Source: Patescibacteria group bacterium (GTDB taxonomy: Bacteria > Patescibacteriota > Patescibacteriia > JAXHNJ01). From it: 64,000 bases of DNA. Shown here in pieces: positions 41,786 to 51,969 of this stretch (positions are counted from its first letter, which is position 1; each line of letters begins with the position of its first letter). The notes below the pieces were generated by a model. The model had not been told where the DNA came from. It was given only the letters and a program-made list of their open reading frames with translations, and did no database searches. A program made the position numbers and the translations under genes. The stretch lies in assembly GCA_043812155.1 (NCBI GenBank), contig JBDRMK010000030.1:8407-72406 (forward strand), in the 5' to 3' direction.

Positions 41786-42384
41786 GACCGATCACCTCCT
41801 TTGATCTTTACATCTTTCACGTATTTCAGATCGATTGGCTGTCCGGCCGCCATGATTTTGCCGGCGATCATCGACAGCGTGGAGTCGGTAGGACAGGCAA
41901 GGTACTGCCGGACGTCGCTTGCGACGTTGAGCGAGTTGAGGTTGGTGAGAAAGTATTCCCTGAGTCCATGATAGGGAAGATAGACCCTTTCATAGTACCT
42001 TTGGGTTTTTTCCAGACCATACCCTCGGATGCCTGTTGAGTCCAGCAAGGCGCATTTGAAGGTGAGCCTTGCCTTCTCGGTTACCCCGTAGGAATTGTAC
42101 AATTCGTAGCTAAACTCACGGGATTCATTTGCATCCAGCAAGAATCCCCGCGCCGGCAGCCCGAAATGAGCCAGACCGATGTGGGTGACCCGGCCGTTTT
42201 CGACCTGCGCCGAATTCCGGTCAATGTACGCCACATAGTTGAAGGTGAAGACAAAGGCGAATAGCCAGCAGAACAGCAGTTTCGCCACCCTCTTCTTTTC
42301 CTTCATCGGGGCGTAGTTGTCTTCGATCAGCGGGAAAACGCTGAACAGGAGAAGAACGATCAGAGTGGTCTCTAATCCGAACAT
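41782..42384 (-). CDS. Membrane-anchored hypothetical protein
   Basis: AGGAGG SD, two N-terminal TM segments. Confidence 0.65.
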   Translation of the reverse strand: MFGLETTLIVLLLFSVFPLIEDNYAPMKEKKRVAKLLFCWLFAFVFTFNYVAYIDRNSAQVENGRVTHIGLAHFGLPARGFLLDANESREFSYELYNSYGVTEKARLTFKCALLDSTGIRGYGLEKTQRYYERVYLPYHGLREYFLTNLNSLNVASDVRQYLACPTDSTLSMIAGKIMAAGQPIDLKYVKDVKIKGGDRS

Positions 42385-42546
42385 AACTTCCTCCTTTTCT
42401 GGAAGTTAGGGGTTTTGGGTTTTCTTGCCACAGACTAGACTAGTTATCAAAGGCCGATCCGGATCCGAAAGTTTGCAGACTAACTGAATATACTATCACG
42501 TTTTTCCTTTTTTGTCAAGACTTCGGTTAAGGGCTATAATTTAAGC

Positions 42547-45500
42547 ATGAAAATCAACCCAGTGCAACATAAAGCCATTGAACACGGCCAAGGACCGTTG
42601 CTTATCGTCGCCGGGGCCGGGACGGGAAAAACTACGGTCATAGCGGAGCGTTTAGCCTATTTGATTAAAGAAAAGAAGGCTTTACCACAAGAAATTTTGG
42701 CTTTGACTTTCACGGATAAAGCGGCCGGGGAAATGGAGGAAAGGGCGGATATATTGCTGCCTTATGGTTACGTGGATCTGTGGATCTCTACTTTTCATTC
42801 TTTCGGGGAGAGAATATTGAAGGAACACGCCTTGGATATCGGCCTGGACCCGGGTTTTAAATTATTGAACTCGGTTGAGCAGTGGCGCATAATCCGGCAG
42901 AATTTCAGCCGGTTTGAGCTGGAATATTACAAGCCCTTGGGCAATCCCACCCGGTTTATTTACGCTTTGCTCAAAGTTTTTTCCCGAGCCAAGGACGAGA
43001 ATGTCAGCCCGGCCAATTTTCTGGCTTACGCGGAAAAGAAAATGAAAGCGGATAATGGCGAAGAGGCCCAAAGAATTTTAGAAGTGGCGAAAGCTTATCA
43101 GACTTACCAAACCCTTTTAACAGAAAAAGGCGAATTGGATTTCGGTGACCTAATTATCCGGGCTTTGGACCTTTTAAAACAAAGAAAAAATATCCTGGAA
43201 AAATATCGTCAGCAATTTAAATATATTCTCGTTGATGAATTCCAAGACACGAATTTCGCCCAGTATGAGATGCTGAAATCATTAGCCGCTCCAAAAAATA
43301 ATATTACCGTGGTGGGGGATGACGACCAGTGTTTGCCGGGTGAAACTTTGATAAAAACTAAGTTTGGAGAAAAGAAAATAAAAGATATAAAAGCCGGGGA
43401 TACAGTCTTGGCGGCCGTGGGCAAGGGCCATACCAGCTACTCGCCAGTAAAAAAGGTTTTTAGAAATAATAAAGAGGCCAGATTTTTACAAATTAAAACT
43501 AAATCCGGCCGAAAAATAGAAGTGACGGATAATCATAAAATGTTTTGTTTGGTACCGAAAGTTTCTGATAAGAAATATTATTATGTATATTTAATGCAGC
43601 GCCAGGGTTTTGGCTGGCGGCTAGGTATTACCAATGATTTGGCGACTCGATTGAGGTTAGAGCGTTCAGCGGATAAAATTATAGGCTTAAGGGCTTTTAA
43701 TAAAGAGATAGAAGCCAGATTCTATGAAAGTCTTTGGGCGGCAAAGTATGGCTTGCCGACGGTTTGTTTCTGCCCGCGCGACAATATGATAAGAGGTGAA
43801 TGGCTTGACCGGCTTTATCGATCAATTGGCACGGAAGAAAACGCCCGAAAGCTGGCATGTGATTTGCGCGTTGATTTAACCGCCCACCATTTTTGTCTTG
43901 ACAGTGTTTTTCGGGGGAATAAATTAAGAAACAAGATCAATCTTGAATTGTGTTACCGCCGTTATATCAGCAAGACCGGCCGCAAGTTTTTAGTTTCGCC
44001 AAAAGTGTCTCATCTTGTCAGTTTAGAGACCTCAAATTTGCAGGTGGTCGCCAGTTTAAGAAAAGGAGGGTATCAGGCCCATAGGGCGAAAAAGGGCTAT
44101 CGTTTTCGGGTAGAGAGTCCTGATATTGGAAAAGTCGGTAAGATCGCTTTGGCCTGGCAGAAAATATCCGCAGGAATACTTGAACAGAAATTTTCCGTGG
44201 GAAAAATAAAAATTCAGCACCGTAAAGCCTTGGTTATGCCGGCGGGCAACCTTTTGCCCGGTCATTATCTGCCGATCATAAAAGGCAAGGAAATAATTTA
44301 CGACCAGATTATTGAGATAAAAGAAGAAGTTAAAGCGCGAACTGTTTTTGATTTGGAAATAGAAAAAACGCACAATTTTATTGCTAATGGGGTGGTGGTG
44401 CATAATTCTGTTTATAAATTCCGCGGCGCGGCTATTTCCAATATCCTGGAATTCAAAAAAGATTTTCCAAATTGCGAGGAAATTGTCCTGACGGAGAATT
44501 ACCGCAACCGCCAGAACATCCTTGACTTGTCATACAAATTTATTCAGTTAAACAATCCGGACCGTTTGGAAGCGCGATTAGCCAAGAAGCAGATTGACGA
44601 CAAAGGTGAATTGCTGACCAAGAAAGTGACCAAAAAGTTGATCGCGCAAAATAAAGGTTTGGGGAAAATAGAACATTTGCATTTTATCACTCAAGAGGAA
44701 GAAGCCTTGGGGGTGGTGGAGAAAATATTGGCCATTAGAAAGAAAGACCGCAAATTGACCTGGAACGACTTTGCCATTCTGGTGCGAGCCAATGACCAGG
44801 CGAATATTTTTATTAATCTAATGAACAATCAGGAAATTCCTTATCAATACGTGGCTAATCGAGGTTTATACCAGAAACCCGAGATCATGGATCTGATCGC
44901 TTATTTAAAATTACTGGATAATTACCATGAAAGTACGGCTCTTTTCCGGGTGATTAACATGCCGATTTTTCATTTTGCGCCGGAAGACACGCATACTCTA
45001 TTAAATCACACTTATCGTAAAAATGTTTCTTTGTATGAAGCGATGCAAAGCGCGGAAGCGAGAGAAAAATTAAAACCTCAAACGCAGAAGGATCTGGATA
45101 AATTATTGGAAATGATCAATAAACACACGGCTTTGGCGTGCGAAAAAGGCGCGAGCCGGGTTTTGTTCCAGTTTGTGGAAGATTCCGGTTATTTCAAATA
45201 TCTTTCCAAAAAAGAGACGATTCAGAGCGCGGAAAGTATTTTGAACATCAACCAGTTTTTCAAGCAGACAGAGGAGTTTGAAAGATTGAACGCGGATAAA
45301 TCCGTGAAAAATTTTATCGCGGAGCTGGATCTGGCGATTGAAGCCGGAGAAGAAGGAGCCTTGGGCCATCAATCCATGGAAGAGGGGCCGGAAAGCGTCA
45401 AAGTGATGACCATTCATCAAGCTAAAGGCTTGGAGTTCACTCATGTTTTTATGGTTAATTTAGTGGATAAGAGATTTCCGTCTATTGAAAGAAAAGACCC

Positions 45501-46518
45501 AATTGAACTGCCGGATGAATTAATTCAGGAAATTATTCCCGAAGGAGATGTGCATTTACAAGAGGAAAGACGGTTATTTTACGTGGCCATGACGCGGGCC
45601 AAGCAGGGTCTTTATTTTACGACGGCTGAAGATTACGGCGGAATGCGGAAAAAACGTTTATCCAGATTTTTATATGAAATTGAATTGGAAAAATTCGGGC
45701 GAAGGGCCGGAGCAAAAATGAAACAGCAAAGACTGATCTTTGAAAAAATGGCCGGGCATAAAAATATCCTCACTTTAAAAAGAAATCTGGACTGGCTACC
45801 GCAGAAGTTTTCCTTCACCCAATTGAAAGCTTTTGAAGTCTGCCCCTATCAATACCGCTTCGCCCATATCTTACATGTGCCGGTCAAAGGCAAAGGCGCT
45901 TTTTCTTTCGGCAAAACCATTCATAACACCATGCACGAGTTTTATGTCGCCATCCAAAAAGGGGAAAAGCCGACTTTGGAAGACTTATTGGCGATGTATG
46001 AAAGAAATTGGATTGACGAGTGGTATGATGACAAGGCGCATGAAGAAAGAAGAAAAGCCAAAGGGAAACAGGTTTTGCAAGAGTTCTACAAAATTAATGA
46101 AAAAACCTTTAAGGCGCCGAAATTCCTGGAGCAGGGCTTTAACATAAAGATCGGCCTCCACACGATAAAAGGCTTTATTGACCGGGTGGACGAAATGCCG
46201 GATGGCCGGGTGGAAATTATTGATTATAAAACCGGCAATCTGCCCAAGGTAAAATCCAGTATTGATACCGAGCAATTGCTAATTTACGCCTTAGCCTGTC
46301 AGGACGTTTTTAAATTAAATCCGGCCAAATTGACCTTCTATTATATTGAAGATAATAAAACCTTTACTTACCAGTCTAGGCAGGAGGAGATAGAGGAGGT
46401 CAAAAAAAGAGTGGTGGGCACGATTGAGAAAATCCTGAAAAGCGATTTCAAGGCGACGCCGTCGCAATACAAATGTAAATACTGTGATTTTAAAGAAATT
46501 TGTGAATATAGAGTTTAA
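42547..46518 (+). CDS. UvrD/PcrA-family helicase fused to a RecB-like PD-(D/E)XK nuclease, intein-containing
   Basis: AGAGTGKT, VDEFQD, GDDDQ|S.Y.FRGA, TIHQAKGLEF, EERRLFYVAMTRA. C-terminal GFIDRVD..IIDYKTG and four Cys (CP...CKYCDFKEIC). Confidence 0.93.
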   Translation: MKINPVQHKAIEHGQGPLLIVAGAGTGKTTVIAERLAYLIKEKKALPQEILALTFTDKAAGEMEERADILLPYGYVDLWISTFHSFGERILKEHALDIGLDPGFKLLNSVEQWRIIRQNFSRFELEYYKPLGNPTRFIYALLKVFSRAKDENVSPANFLAYAEKKMKADNGEEAQRILEVAKAYQTYQTLLTEKGELDFGDLIIRALDLLKQRKNILEKYRQQFKYILVDEFQDTNFAQYEMLKSLAAPKNNITVVGDDDQCLPGETLIKTKFGEKKIKDIKAGDTVLAAVGKGHTSYSPVKKVFRNNKEARFLQIKTKSGRKIEVTDNHKMFCLVPKVSDKKYYYVYLMQRQGFGWRLGITNDLATRLRLERSADKIIGLRAFNKEIEARFYESLWAAKYGLPTVCFCPRDNMIRGEWLDRLYRSIGTEENARKLACDLRVDLTAHHFCLDSVFRGNKLRNKINLELCYRRYISKTGRKFLVSPKVSHLVSLETSNLQVVASLRKGGYQAHRAKKGYRFRVESPDIGKVGKIALAWQKISAGILEQKFSVGKIKIQHRKALVMPAGNLLPGHYLPIIKGKEIIYDQIIEIKEEVKARTVFDLEIEKTHNFIANGVVVHNSVYKFRGAAISNILEFKKDFPNCEEIVLTENYRNRQNILDLSYKFIQLNNPDRLEARLAKKQIDDKGELLTKKVTKKLIAQNKGLGKIEHLHFITQEEEALGVVEKILAIRKKDRKLTWNDFAILVRANDQANIFINLMNNQEIPYQYVANRGLYQKPEIMDLIAYLKLLDNYHESTALFRVINMPIFHFAPEDTHTLLNHTYRKNVSLYEAMQSAEAREKLKPQTQKDLDKLLEMINKHTALACEKGASRVLFQFVEDSGYFKYLSKKETIQSAESILNINQFFKQTEEFERLNADKSVKNFIAELDLAIEAGEEGALGHQSMEEGPESVKVMTIHQAKGLEFTHVFMVNLVDKRFPSIERKDPIELPDELIQEIIPEGDVHLQEERRLFYVAMTRAKQGLYFTTAEDYGGMRKKRLSRFLYEIELEKFGRRAGAKMKQQRLIFEKMAGHKNILTLKRNLDWLPQKFSFTQLKAFEVCPYQYRFAHILHVPVKGKGAFSFGKTIHNTMHEFYVAIQKGEKPTLEDLLAMYERNWIDEWYDDKAHEERRKAKGKQVLQEFYKINEKTFKAPKFLEQGFNIKIGLHTIKGFIDRVDEMPDGRVEIIDYKTGNLPKVKSSIDTEQLLIYALACQDVFKLNPAKLTFYYIEDNKTFTYQSRQEEIEEVKKRVVGTIEKILKSDFKATPSQYKCKYCDFKEICEYRV
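43330..44406 (+). mobile_element. Intein (359 aa) in helicase motif III
   Basis: Starts CLPGETLI, block B VTDNHKMF, ends VFDLEI..THNFIANGVVVHN followed by Ser. Confidence 0.95.
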
Positions 46519-46536
46519 TAAATTAATTAAAAAATT

Positions 46537-46941
46537 ATGCAAAATAAAATCGCCATTATAGTTTTCAGTTTCGTTTTGGCCATAATTACAATCTTTGTAA
46601 CTAATAACATAAAATCGGCCAGCTGGGTTGAAAATCCAGGCTGTGCCTATTATTCGGTCGGTTGGCCCATTAAAGTTGATACCCTTCAGGACAATTCTAA
46701 ACCCGTACCTCTTATGTGCGGTAGTTATCATGATTCTGGTAGTATTTTTAGAAATACTATCGGTAACATATTATTTTATTTTTCCTCCTTTTTCTTAGTT
46801 GGTTCCTTGATTTTTCATCGCAAGATAAAAAACTTCAAGCGTTTTCTACTTATTGCTTTAATTATTGCGGTGGTTTATTTAATACTTGATTTTTCTATTT
46901 TTCACATATATTTTCAGATTACAAGGAATATATACATATAA
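46537..46941 (+). CDS. Membrane protein, paralog of 47417-47929
   Basis: TM-C..Y..GWP-C-TM-HRKIKNFKRF-TM. Confidence 0.65.
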   Translation: MQNKIAIIVFSFVLAIITIFVTNNIKSASWVENPGCAYYSVGWPIKVDTLQDNSKPVPLMCGSYHDSGSIFRNTIGNILFYFSSFFLVGSLIFHRKIKNFKRFLLIALIIAVVYLILDFSIFHIYFQITRNIYI

Positions 46942-47009
46942 AAGAAAAAGTAGCTGATTGATTCAAGGAGATTTGCGAGTTTAGAGCGGTTTAGTTGTTG
47001 AGTTACTAT

Positions 47010-47386
47010 TGTCACCCTGAGGAGCGAATGGCATGAGCCTCGAAGGGTGACGTGTGAATAAATATGAGAACCTATTATGTTTATATATTAAAGTGTTCCG
47101 ACGGCTCTTACTATGCTGGTATTACTAATTATTTGGAAAGAAGAATTTACGAACACCAACAGGGCTTAATTAAAGGCTGTTATACCCATAGTCGTCGGCC
47201 CTTGAAATGCGTTTTTGCCCAGGATTTTAATGATGTGGGCTTGGCGATTCAGACGGAAAAGCAGATAAAAGGCTGGTCAAGGAAGAAGAAGGAATCATTG
47301 ATAAAAGGTGATTTTAACACGATAAAGTTATTTGCCAAACGTCCCGCTTCGAGGCTCCGCTTTCAGCGTCGCACCTCAGCGTGACA
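47010..47386 (+). mobile_element. GIY-YIG cassette bounded by inverted palindromic (REP-like) ends
   Basis: TGTCACCCTGAGGAGCGA..GAGCCTCGAAGGGTGAC at 47010-47051 and its inverted homolog at 47341-47386. Confidence 0.65.
47064..47384 (+). CDS. Small GIY-YIG nuclease family protein
   Basis: YYVYILKCSDGSYYAGITN.LERR..EH, EKQIKGWSRKKKE.LI. Confidence 0.93.
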   Translation: MRTYYVYILKCSDGSYYAGITNYLERRIYEHQQGLIKGCYTHSRRPLKCVFAQDFNDVGLAIQTEKQIKGWSRKKKESLIKGDFNTIKLFAKRPASRLRFQRRTSA

Positions 47387-47416
47387 GTATTTATATAATA
47401 AGATAATTTCATAAAT

Positions 47417-47929
47417 ATGACCCCATTATTCAAAAAAAACGATCCGTCTTTGCCCTGGGACGAGAAAGTTGCCGAAGGGCCCCCAAAATCTGCGGAAGAA
47501 AAACCAAAAACAGAGATTCAAAAACCCAAAAGAATTAAAATTACTATCGTAATTGCCAGCGTGATATTAGCGATTGGACTTACTTATATAAGTTCATTTA
47601 TCAAAACTCAGAGCGCCTGGGATAAATGCTATAATAAGCAAAATGGGGGGCTTCCTTTTCAATATTCTCATCAACTTGAACAAATTATTCCTCCAAATAA
47701 GGCCTGTTATACTATTATGGGGGAAGAGGTGGCTTTTTTTCTTTTTCCGGAAATTATTTATGATTTTTCGATATATTTTTTGATTACTTCCATAATTATT
47801 TCTTACTTTTTTCGTCATAAAATAAAAAATTATAGACGTTTTGTCATCAAGCTAATAATATTCGCAGTTATAATCAGTATGATATCATGGCTTTTTTATT
47901 TATATTTATGGTCAAATTCGGATATTTGA
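47417..47929 (+). CDS. Membrane protein, paralog of 46537-46941
   Basis: TM-C....GGLPF-C-TM-RHKIKNYRRF-TM. Confidence 0.65.
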   Translation: MTPLFKKNDPSLPWDEKVAEGPPKSAEEKPKTEIQKPKRIKITIVIASVILAIGLTYISSFIKTQSAWDKCYNKQNGGLPFQYSHQLEQIIPPNKACYTIMGEEVAFFLFPEIIYDFSIYFLITSIIISYFFRHKIKNYRRFVIKLIIFAVIISMISWLFYLYLWSNSDI

Positions 47930-48017
47930 TAAAATATTAACAAGGCGATTTTTGGAAATTTGCGAGTTTAGGGTTGTTTGAGATGTCCAGATGTCTAGAT
48001 ATCAAGATATCGAGACA

Positions 48018-48380
48018 TCAAGATTTTTTGGCTAAACCGCTGATCATGCAATTTAGGCCAATGGCCAGGCCATTGTAGCTTTCGTCGATGACTTTGAAGT
48101 TTTCCTCTGGCAGGTATTTCTGATCCAAGGCGATCCTCAAATGGCTTTCAATTTCAAAAATTTCCGCCCGTGCAATATAAAGCACGCGGATTTTATCTTT
48201 GGGATGGTATCGGCCGTGGCTTTCCGCGATATTAGCTGCCACCGATACCGCCGATCTTCTTAACTGCATAGTTAAGCCGAAAATCTCGTTTTTCGGGAAA
48301 GCCTTGGTGATTTGGTAAATTTGGCTGGCAAGCGCCTGGGCTTTTTGCCAGACTTTTAAATCAAAAAAAGCGCGAGTCAT
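48018..48380 (-). CDS. Four-helix-bundle protein (23S rRNA IVP/S23 family)
   Basis: F.DLKVWQKA, FPKNEIFGLT.QLRRSAVSVAANIAE. Confidence 0.93.
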   Translation of the reverse strand: MTRAFFDLKVWQKAQALASQIYQITKAFPKNEIFGLTMQLRRSAVSVAANIAESHGRYHPKDKIRVLYIARAEIFEIESHLRIALDQKYLPEENFKVIDESYNGLAIGLNCMISGLAKKS

Positions 48381-48566
48381 ATATATCCTTTCGCGCCACC
48401 ATTTTGTCTGTAATTATTTTATATTCGTTTATTAATTTTGTCAACGTCACCTCTCGATATCTTGACATCTTGACCTCTCGATATCTAAAACCATCCTTGA
48501 CAAACCCGGTTTTTTCTAATATACTATATTTTAATTCATTAAAAAGTCTGGAGACTAAACAAGTAC

Positions 48567-50351
48567 ATGGAAATCAGAAACATCGCCATTATTGCTCACG
48601 TGGACCACGGCAAAACCATGCTGACTGACGCTTTAATGCGCCAGACGAATTCGGCCGCCGATGCCAGCGTGACCATGGATACTAACGCCCTGGAGCAGGA
48701 GCGGGGGATCACGATTTATTCCAAGAATACGTCGATTTTTTATAAGGGGACGAAGATCAATATCGTGGACACGCCCGGGCACGCGGATTTCGGCTCGGAA
48801 GTGGAGCGGGTTCTGCGCTCTATTGACTCGGTTTTATTGCTCGTGGACGCCCAGGAAGGCCCGATGCCGCAGACCAAATTCGTGCTGAAAAAATCTTTGG
48901 AGCTCGGGATCAAGCCGATCGTGGTCATCAATAAAATAGATAAAAAAGCGGCCCGGCCGGAATGGACGCACGAGAAAGTCCTGGAATTATTCATGGACTT
49001 GAACGCCGATCAGGACCAGCTTTATTTCACCACGGTCTACGCCATTGCCAAAGACGGGGTGGCCAAAATCAATTTGGAAGATGAATCAAAGGATCTGACC
49101 CCGCTTTTGGAAACCATTTTAGCCCAGGTTAAACCTGCCGCCGGAGAAATTGACAAGCCTTTTTTATTTCAGCCCTTTAACCTGGCTTATGACAATTACT
49201 TGGGCCGTTTGGGTATCGGCCGGGTTTATCAGGGAGTAGTCAAAGTCGGGGACCAGGTTTTTGTGAAAAAAGATGACGGCAAGATCTTACCGGGAATAAT
49301 TACCCGGCTTTTTACTTTTGAAGGCTTGACCCGCAAAGAAGTGCCGGAAGTATTTGCCGGCGATATCGTGATGCTGGCCGGACTGCCGGAAATTTATATC
49401 GGCGACACAGTTGCCGCGAATAAAGAAGAAGACTTATTGCCGGCCATCAAAGTGGACGAGCCGACCATCGGTTTGAATTTTTTGGTAAATAATTCTCCGT
49501 TTTGCGGCCACGAAGGCAAGTTTGTCACCAGCCGGCAGATCAAAGAAAGATTAAAAAAAGAATTGGAAGTTAATGTTGGCTTGAGAATTGATTTTTCCTC
49601 CAATGATTATTATAAAGTTTACGGCCGAGGCGAACTTCACATCGCTATCTTGCTGGAAAACATGCGCCGAGAAGGCTATGAGCTCCAGGTTTCCCAGCCG
49701 CGCGTCATCTTGAAAGAAGTTGACGGGAAGACCCTAGAGCCTTTTGAAGAAGTGACCCTGGATATCAAGGAAAAATACAGCGGCGTGGTCATTAAAAAAA
49801 TGTCCAAGCGCAAAGGCCGTCTTTTAGAAATGAGGCCCGAGCAGGCGCACACCCGCCTGGTCTATGAAATGCCGACCCGCGGTTTATTAGGTTATCGGAA
49901 TGAATTCATCGTGGATACGCGGGGTGAGGGGATCCTTTGCAGCCAATTCATCGGCTTCAAACCCCATGCCGGAGAAATTGAAAAGCGGCAGACCGGCTCT
50001 ATGATCTCCGGCGAGACCGGCAAGACCTTGTCTTACGCTTTGGCCAATCTTCAGACCCGCGGGGTGCTTTACGTCGGCCCCAACACGGAAGTTTATAAGG
50101 GCCAGGTCATCGGCAACACGGCCAAAGGCGACCAGATGACAGTCAATCCGATCAAAGGCAAGCGCATGAGCAATATGCGTTCTTCCAGCGCGGACATCGG
50201 CATCCAGATCACGCCGCCGATGCTTTTGTCGCTTGAGCGGGGCTTGGAAGTTATGGCTGATGACGAGTTTTTGGAAATCACGCCAAAAAGCGTCCGTCTG
50301 CGCAAGCAGTTCTTAACCGAGAATGATCGGATAAGAGCAAGTAGGACTTAG
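48567..50351 (+). CDS. typA: Translational GTPase TypA/BipA
   Basis: IAHVDHGKT, ERGITI, DTPGHADF, NKID, GRGELH, PTRGLLG. Confidence 0.96.
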   Translation: MEIRNIAIIAHVDHGKTMLTDALMRQTNSAADASVTMDTNALEQERGITIYSKNTSIFYKGTKINIVDTPGHADFGSEVERVLRSIDSVLLLVDAQEGPMPQTKFVLKKSLELGIKPIVVINKIDKKAARPEWTHEKVLELFMDLNADQDQLYFTTVYAIAKDGVAKINLEDESKDLTPLLETILAQVKPAAGEIDKPFLFQPFNLAYDNYLGRLGIGRVYQGVVKVGDQVFVKKDDGKILPGIITRLFTFEGLTRKEVPEVFAGDIVMLAGLPEIYIGDTVAANKEEDLLPAIKVDEPTIGLNFLVNNSPFCGHEGKFVTSRQIKERLKKELEVNVGLRIDFSSNDYYKVYGRGELHIAILLENMRREGYELQVSQPRVILKEVDGKTLEPFEEVTLDIKEKYSGVVIKKMSKRKGRLLEMRPEQAHTRLVYEMPTRGLLGYRNEFIVDTRGEGILCSQFIGFKPHAGEIEKRQTGSMISGETGKTLSYALANLQTRGVLYVGPNTEVYKGQVIGNTAKGDQMTVNPIKGKRMSNMRSSSADIGIQITPPMLLSLERGLEVMADDEFLEITPKSVRLRKQFLTENDRIRASRT

Positions 50352-50356
50352 TTGTT

Positions 50357-50386
50357 TCGGCCCAAGGCCGACCCGCCTCGGGCGGG
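50357..50386. repeat. 30-bp double-hairpin element
   Basis: TCGGCC-CAA-GGCCGA CCCGCC-TCG-GGCGGG. Confidence 0.9.
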
Positions 50387-50608
50387 AAGTTGTTTAATTA
50401 TTGAGAAATTGAGAGGATTTAGGAATTAATAATTTGTTTAGGATTTAGAATATAGAGTTTAGGATTTGCGTAAAGGGGCGGCTTTAAAGGCCGTTTTTTT
50501 TGTTTCGCTTTTGATAATACTCTGTTTTTCTTGACAAAGATATCTTTTATTGTTAATATCCTAAAAAGCAACTTTCCCGCTGTTTGAAAATCAAAAAGGA
50601 GGATAGAC

Positions 50609-51703
50609 ATGAAAAGGTCTTTTTGTTTCACGGTAGGTATTTTTCTGATCTTGTCCTTAGCTAACTTCCAGGTCTCGGCCCAAAAGTCATCGGCCGAAAA
50701 TCAGGCCGGGGGCGATTTTAAACGGTTGATCCAAAAATTGTGGGACAATCCGAAAACCCGGCCCCACTTGCTTGCCTTTCAGCGTCTGAGCGCCAGCCAA
50801 GATTGGTACGAAGACCTGGCCAATCCGGTCGTCACCAGCCAGGAGGAACTGGACCAAAAAATCAGCGAATGCCGGAAAGTCTATTATCTTTTTAACGGAT
50901 TGGCCGACTACCTGAGAAAACAGGAAGGTTTCCTGACGGAACAGGGTGATTCCCTCCTGGAAATGACCGAGTTCATTACGCAGTTCTTCAGCAATGATTC
51001 GACCTTTTCGCCGGTAAGCCAGGTTCGATACGTTGATTTTTCCACTTCCCAGGCGCCGGCGGTCAAAGCCCTGCGCGAAGAAGTAAGCCTGCCTCCGCCC
51101 GCCGGTCCCGCTTTCATCCGCTATTTCAGAAGCCGGGAGGAAATGCCGCCGATCATCAGGCAATGTTTCGAGGAAAAAACCCGGGGGGTGACCGTTTACT
51201 GCCGCTACATCGCCGTCTTGGCCGAGGCGCCGACTTTCGACAAGCCGGGGGTGAACAAAGCCCTGCTGAATAAGACCGTCAATCATGAGTATGTTCACGC
51301 CTATCTTAACTCTACCTTAGGGATGAGAAACAAGACCAAACTGCCTCTCTGGTTCCATGAAGGCTGCGCTATCTATTTCAGCAAATCTGGCGGTACTCAT
51401 GTGGACGTGACCTCCAACGCGGACGGTTATCTCTATCGGACTTACGAGGATACCGAAGATTATCGACGCTACCGGCTGGTCTTCAAGTATCTGGCGAAAG
51501 AGCACGACCGGGATAAATTCTGCGCCCTGATCAAGGAATCGATCCTTACCCAGTCGGCCGCGCCGCTTCTGCAAGGGACCGGATTCTCCTCTTACGAGGC
51601 CTTGGCCGATAAAGTCAGCCGGACCTTCTGGCAAAGGCACAAAAGAGCGATCATTATTTCCCTTATCGTAATGTTCATTATTTTTGCTGTCTGGTTGAGA
51701 TAG
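50609..51703 (+). CDS. Exported gluzincin-like metallopeptidase
   Basis: Signal peptide, HEYVH plus WFHEG, C-terminal TM anchor. Confidence 0.75.
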   Translation: MKRSFCFTVGIFLILSLANFQVSAQKSSAENQAGGDFKRLIQKLWDNPKTRPHLLAFQRLSASQDWYEDLANPVVTSQEELDQKISECRKVYYLFNGLADYLRKQEGFLTEQGDSLLEMTEFITQFFSNDSTFSPVSQVRYVDFSTSQAPAVKALREEVSLPPPAGPAFIRYFRSREEMPPIIRQCFEEKTRGVTVYCRYIAVLAEAPTFDKPGVNKALLNKTVNHEYVHAYLNSTLGMRNKTKLPLWFHEGCAIYFSKSGGTHVDVTSNADGYLYRTYEDTEDYRRYRLVFKYLAKEHDRDKFCALIKESILTQSAAPLLQGTGFSSYEALADKVSRTFWQRHKRAIIISLIVMFIIFAVWLR

Positions 51704-51969
51704 GAATCTGCCAGGCCGAAAAAATAATGGTTTCTTTCTTTCGCATAGCGCCGGGTATTTACTCGGCGTTTTTTTAATTCCAAAATTCCAAACCCGGGCG
51801 GCGACCGCGGTTTTTTTGTCTTGATCCCGTTAGAAATGACTATATTTAAAGAGGCATTTTCTCATCTTAATTTCTAACGGGGTTGACAAAAATTAAAAAA
51901 AGGAATAAGGTTGGGTTTATAATATCGGCTCTTTTGAGGATAAATCGGGTCTTAAACAAAGGAGGGAAG

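Noticed and set aside
39480-42500. Prophage or integrative element
   Set aside because: No integrase, structural or replication genes, and no att pair identified.
48404-48628. ORF with TSRYLDIL repeats (also 50419-50631 and 53841-54062)
   Set aside because: These are translations of non-coding repeats or the MITE-like element.
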